Assembly (NCBI GenBank): GCA_006226415.1
Contig: SBGZ01000025.1
Location: 13,186 to 77,185 of the forward strand
Reading direction: 5' to 3'
From: Alphaproteobacteria bacterium
GTDB taxonomy: Bacteria > Pseudomonadota > Alphaproteobacteria > M2410
Length of the DNA stretch: 64,000 bases
The notes below the pieces were generated by a model. It did not search any database. It saw nothing but the letters and a program-made list of their open reading frames with translations, and was not told where the DNA came from. The translations under genes and the position numbers were made by a program. Shown piece by piece: positions 60,148 to 64,000 of the stretch (position 1 is its first letter; every line of letters starts with the position of its first letter).

Positions 60148-60402
60148 ATGAGACGAGAAATCATGCGAACCAATGACCAGGTTACCCTGTCCTTTGTTCA
60201 GGCGGTTCTGAAGGACATGGGGCTCCCCTGTTATCTGGCGGATGAGAACTTTTCGATCATGGAAGGATCCATAGGGATCTTCACCCGCCGTCTCCTCGTC
60301 GACGAGGAAGACCTACCCAAAATGCTCGGCGTCCTGGCAGATCCAGGGATTTACCCCCACCTTATCGGCGCCGTTCGCGAGGAAGTCGACGCAGCCCGAT
60401 GA
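60148..60402 (+). CDS. DUF2007-like small protein
   Basis: MRREIMRTNDQVTLSFVQAVLKDMGLPCYLADENFSIMEGSIGIFTRRLLVDEEDLPKMLGVL matches the DUF2007 pattern. The ORF is open from 59977. Confidence 0.45.
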   Translation: MRREIMRTNDQVTLSFVQAVLKDMGLPCYLADENFSIMEGSIGIFTRRLLVDEEDLPKMLGVLADPGIYPHLIGAVREEVDAAR

Positions 60403-61136
60403 GCGAAATCACAGATGACGCCTTTTGGGGCGGCAAACTGCAAGTTCTTCAGCCCAAAAAGGGGTATCGCGCCGCCATGGACGCGGTCATTCTGGCCGCT
60501 GCCGTGGAGGCTTTGCCCGGACAAAGTGTTCTCGACATCGGCGCCGGGGTCGGCGTGGTCTCGCTGTGCCTGGCGCGGCGTCTGCCTGCCATCAAGGTGA
60601 TGGGGATTGAGCTGCAGTCCTCTCTGGCTGATCTCGCGGCCGAAAATGTGGCGCGCAATCGTCTGGACAACGTAGAGATCTGCGCAGCTGATCTTTTTGA
60701 CATGCCCAAAGAGATTGAGCGCAACAGCTTCGATTGGGTCGTCACCAATCCACCCTATTACGACAGGGATCGGGGCAGACCCTCTCCCAATGAGAGCCGG
60801 CTCAATGCACATATGCATTCCCAGGAGCGGGGACTGAAAGAGTGGATGGACGCGGCCCTGAAATTCGTCCGGCCTTTGGGACAATTTGCAGCGATCTTTC
60901 CGGCCGAAGACCTCCACCGTTTGATGGAGGCTCTCAGCGGCCCGCTCGGGGACCTTAAAATCTTCCCGCTCTGGCCCGGCGAGGGCAAACCCGCTCGCCG
61001 TGTCGTCGTGATCGGAAAAAAGGGGGCAAAAGGCGGTGTCACGCTTTTGCCGGGTCTTGAGCTGCATGCGCCGCCCCGCCGCTATAGCGAGGCCGCGGAG
61101 CGAGTCCTCCGAGACGGCAAGGCCCTAGTCTTCTAA
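60399..61136 (+). CDS. SAM-dependent methyltransferase, TrmN6/YfiC-like (N6-adenine, NPPY motif)
   Basis: VLDIGAGVGVVSL (motif I) and VVTNPPYY (motif IV). ATGA overlap with the preceding gene. Confidence 0.8.
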   Translation: MSEITDDAFWGGKLQVLQPKKGYRAAMDAVILAAAVEALPGQSVLDIGAGVGVVSLCLARRLPAIKVMGIELQSSLADLAAENVARNRLDNVEICAADLFDMPKEIERNSFDWVVTNPPYYDRDRGRPSPNESRLNAHMHSQERGLKEWMDAALKFVRPLGQFAAIFPAEDLHRLMEALSGPLGDLKIFPLWPGEGKPARRVVVIGKKGAKGGVTLLPGLELHAPPRRYSEAAERVLRDGKALVF

Positions 61137-62135
61137 ATAGTCAGACCAGTCCATCCGGTTAAGCTCATGGAGTTCGGCCATGGCTTCATCGGTATAAGGT
61201 CCATTGGGGTCAATGGTGACAGCCTGAACAAAATCGGCCTTCGCCTTGGCCTTATCTTTGAGCGCAAGATAAAGTCGCCCGCGCATCATCAAGGCTTTGA
61301 CATTGTCAGGCGCCATTTCGATGACTTCATTAAGCTCCAATTGCGCGTCGGATGTGCGCCCCAGCTGGGCCAGAGCCAGCACCCGGTCAAGGCGCACATC
61401 CTCGCGGTCATCATCAAGCGCTTTGGCAGCGTCATAATCGGCGAGCGCCCCCTCATGGTCTTTCTGCGCCATGCGCGCTTTGCCTCTCAGGTAAAGCGCG
61501 TCGAGGGACTCAGGAGAATTGCTGAGGGCGGCAGAGAAATCCGTTTCCGCCAAAACAAACTCTCCCTGCTGGACCCAGGCTTTTCCCCGCGCCAGCCGAG
61601 CTAAATTATTTTCCGGCGCAGCTTCAACGGCTTTGGACAAAAAGGCATTGGCGAGCGGAAACTGACCGTTCAAAGCATAAGCCTCGCCCAGTCCGGTAAG
61701 CGCGGCCACATGGGTTGGTTCGACAGCCAGAGCGGCGCGAAACTCATCAATGGCATCGACGGGCCGTTCCAGGCCTAGCAGGCTTCGGCCTTTTCCCGTC
61801 AGGTAGCGGACATTTTCAGGATCAATTTCAAGCGCCTCTTCAAAATCAGCCAATGCAATGCCGTAAAACTTCATTTGAAGATCAGCCGCCCCTTTAAGGC
61901 CCAGATATTGAGCGCGCGTTTGAGGGGGAACATCTTGCGTGAGACAATCTTCGATGAGCAGACCTGCAGCCAGAGCATTTCCCTTGGCAAGAACCTCTTC
62001 ACCCAATGAGCAATTTGTGAGGTTGATCGGGGTGAACTCCAGCTCGGGTAAGCGCACATCATCCTCTGCCGCCAAAGCAACAGGCGCCAGAACCGCCAGC
62101 GCAGCGGTACAGATTTTGATCGTCAGTCGGGTCAT
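61125..62135 (-). CDS. TPR-repeat protein, secreted
   Basis: Signal peptide MTRLTIKICTAALAVLAPVALAA and multiple TPR units. The ORF is open to 62177. Confidence 0.75.
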   Translation of the reverse strand: MTRLTIKICTAALAVLAPVALAAEDDVRLPELEFTPINLTNCSLGEEVLAKGNALAAGLLIEDCLTQDVPPQTRAQYLGLKGAADLQMKFYGIALADFEEALEIDPENVRYLTGKGRSLLGLERPVDAIDEFRAALAVEPTHVAALTGLGEAYALNGQFPLANAFLSKAVEAAPENNLARLARGKAWVQQGEFVLAETDFSAALSNSPESLDALYLRGKARMAQKDHEGALADYDAAKALDDDREDVRLDRVLALAQLGRTSDAQLELNEVIEMAPDNVKALMMRGRLYLALKDKAKAKADFVQAVTIDPNGPYTDEAMAELHELNRMDWSDYLED

Positions 62136-62366
62136 CAGGTCTTCTTTAATAGGTTCTCCAGGCCGGTTTTCGCCCAAGTTTTAACGTCTGGCAAGTCAAG
62201 GAATAGCTAAGGCCCCGTCAAATAGCCCCGTTTGTCCCACATTCTTGCCCATCTTCGGGGCAAAACTGTGATCAGAAGCGGGTCGGATATGGTTCTTGGC
62301 ACATTTTCGTGGAATGATTGTTTGCGGCGGCTTGCCCGCTTGAGGTTCAATCAAAGGGATGGAAAA

Positions 62367-64000
62367 ATGCGGCGTTTGGCGGGTTTGATCTTTGTTGTTT
62401 TTTGGATGGTCGCGAGCGCTCTGCCGCTTCAGGCGCAAGAAGCCGCACCCGAAGAGGATGTTTTCGATCACCCGTTGATGGAAAAGAACTTCAAGGTCCC
62501 GGACCATTCGGCAGATTACACCCGCTTGAAAAGCCGCATCGAAGACATTGCCTACAAGTACCGTCTTATGAAAGCAGGTGATACGGACGCCGATCTCGAC
62601 GCTCGTTTGGATGATCTCTTCTCGACTGACAACCCCAAAAGCTTCTATGAAGAATACGAGCAAGAGATCGAGGTCGCGGAGAGAAATTTCGGCCTCGCTC
62701 AGCTGCAAAATCTTGGGCGCCACTATCTCAATCGCAACCGCTTGGATGACGCCAAGGCGGCCTTCTATCATGTGCAACGCGTCTCCCGAGACAAGCGCCA
62801 ACGTGCGCTTGCGCTTTCTTATATGGCAGAGGCCTATTTGGGGGATGATGACAAAAAGACCGCCCTTAATCTCTTCTATCTGAGCTTGGAAACCAATCGC
62901 TTGTCCAATACGCAGTATCGGTTCAACCAGCTGCGCGAAGAAACCGACATGCTGTTAAAAGACATCGCGGTGAATTCCGAAAGCGATGTCCCGAGCGCCT
63001 GCGCCATCTTTTCTCAGGAATTCAAGTCGGGGTTTGACCCGGCAGGTTACCTTGAAATTTCGCCAGCGGTGGATGCCGATATTTACGCCCAGCATGACCG
63101 TATTTGCGTGCGGGGTTTAAAGCACGGGGCGGGCTATACCTTCAAAATCAAGAAAGGCGTGCCGAGCGCGGGCGGCCCTGTACTTCGGCGCGATGCAGAA
63201 CGCACCTTCAAGGTGCCCAATATGTCTGAGCGGATTGTCTTTTCCTCCGGCACCTATGTCTTGCCGAAGACAAAGGATGAACTGATCCCGCTGCGCACGG
63301 TTAATCTGGAAGAGATTGAGCTTCAGCTTCTGCGCATTAATGACCGCAATCTGGTCAATGCCATCTTCACCAACACCTTTGAGCGCGATCTTTCCACCGG
63401 CGACCTGCGCGATCTTGAAAACACCCAAGGTGAAAAAATCTGGCAAGGCTCTGTCTCGGTCGCCATGAAGCTGAACCGGGAAGTGGTGACGAACTTGCCG
63501 CTCAATGACATGCTTTCCGATCACGCGCCTGGCGTTTATGCCCTGGTCGCGGAAAAGAAGGATGAGGAAAACCGCCGCTACTGGTATGAACGCCCCACCC
63601 AATGGGTGCTTATCTCTGACCTTGGCCTCACGTCCTATCAGGGCTCGGACGGCATGACCGTCATCGTAAGGTCTCTGGAGACCACAAGGCCCATGGGCGG
63701 CGTAGAGTTGGCGCTCATTGCCCGCAACAACAAGGTGCTGACACGTATCCGCACCAATGTGCAAGGCGTGGCTAAAATCGATCCGGGCCTTCTGCGCGGT
63801 AAGGGCGGCAATGCCCCGGCGCTTCTAACCGCCGTGCACCGCGATGACTATAACTTCATACGCCTGACGAGCCCGGCTCTTGATCTCAGCGAACATAAAG
63901 TCTCCGGCCGCAGCCTCTACACAGAGATGGATGCCTATCTCTATGCCGAGCGCGGCGTCTATCGCTCCGGCGAGACCGTGCATATGAGCGCCTTGGTGCG
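62367..64000 (+). CDS. alpha-2-macroglobulin family protein, N-terminal ~544 aa (runs off window end)
   Basis: Uninterrupted plus-strand frame from ATG 62367 to 64000. Signal peptide MRRLAGLIFVVFWMVASALPLQA. MG-domain-like region ending ...DAYLYAERGVYRSGETVHMSALV, typical of bacterial A2M (YfhM-like). Not in the ORF track because no stop falls in the window. Confidence 0.7.
   Translation, partial: MRRLAGLIFVVFWMVASALPLQAQEAAPEEDVFDHPLMEKNFKVPDHSADYTRLKSRIEDIAYKYRLMKAGDTDADLDARLDDLFSTDNPKSFYEEYEQEIEVAERNFGLAQLQNLGRHYLNRNRLDDAKAAFYHVQRVSRDKRQRALALSYMAEAYLGDDDKKTALNLFYLSLETNRLSNTQYRFNQLREETDMLLKDIAVNSESDVPSACAIFSQEFKSGFDPAGYLEISPAVDADIYAQHDRICVRGLKHGAGYTFKIKKGVPSAGGPVLRRDAERTFKVPNMSERIVFSSGTYVLPKTKDELIPLRTVNLEEIELQLLRINDRNLVNAIFTNTFERDLSTGDLRDLENTQGEKIWQGSVSVAMKLNREVVTNLPLNDMLSDHAPGVYALVAEKKDEENRRYWYERPTQWVLISDLGLTSYQGSDGMTVIVRSLETTRPMGGVELALIARNNKVLTRIRTNVQGVAKIDPGLLRGKGGNAPALLTAVHRDDYNFIRLTSPALDLSEHKVSGRSLYTEMDAYLYAERGVYRSGETVHMSALV

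Noticed and set aside
63117-63764. 215-aa and 62-aa minus-strand ORFs near the window end
   Set aside because: Antisense to the stop-free alpha-2-macroglobulin frame, which has a signal peptide and an MG-like domain.

Overview
High-GC (~58-60%) alphaproteobacterial chromosomal segment. The gene order (rnhA-thrB-ispH, split gcvPA/gcvPB, smc-dsbA-DUF721-mutY, ccrM) looks like Caulobacterales or Hyphomonadaceae, though I cannot verify the taxon. Most of the window is core housekeeping, transcribed in long co-directional blocks. In order: pmbA (partial) and tldD; the complete aa3 cytochrome c oxidase cluster coxB-coxA-ctaB-(small coxF-like ORF)-ctaG-coxC-DUF983-surf1; M32 carboxypeptidase, thrC, M16 peptidase, GNAT; a 7TMR-DISM/PAS/GGDEF/EAL signalling protein; yqgE, Prx5-type peroxiredoxin, rnhA-thrB-ispH, argS; a tandem-aptamer glycine riboswitch driving gcvT-gcvH-gcvPA-gcvPB; fbaA and a tauD-like dioxygenase; the F0 ATP synthase operon atpI-B-E-F'-F; smc, dsbA-like, DUF721 (DciA-like), mutY, ccrM, rnhB, a GFA protein; a radical SAM protein (PA0069/SplB-like), an S41 peptidase, an overlapping GT2/DUF2064 pair, an alpha/beta hydrolase, mogA, slt, a family-4 UDG, ETF-QO, TPR proteins, ispE, an ispB-like polyprenyl synthase, DUF2007, a TrmN6-like methyltransferase, and the 5' part of an alpha-2-macroglobulin gene that runs off the window. 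Accessory or unusual content: (1) a low-GC PEP-CTERM secreted protein next to an unknown lipoprotein; (2) a higB-higA toxin-antitoxin cassette wedged between gcvPB and fbaA, whose last 7 codons mirror those of gcvPB in a perfect 11-bp-arm palindrome; (3) a ~0.7-kb low-GC islet carrying an orphan MazF/PemK-fold gene followed by a promoter-hairpin-terminator unit that may be a small RNA; (4) a family of nested palindromic REP/MITE-like repeats at four convergent or terminator intergenic sites, two of which share a near-identical 36-bp unit; (5) GcvT with long charged disordered extensions at both ends; (6) a GANTC-dense ccrM upstream region. No tRNA, rRNA, CRISPR, transposase or integrase was recognised.
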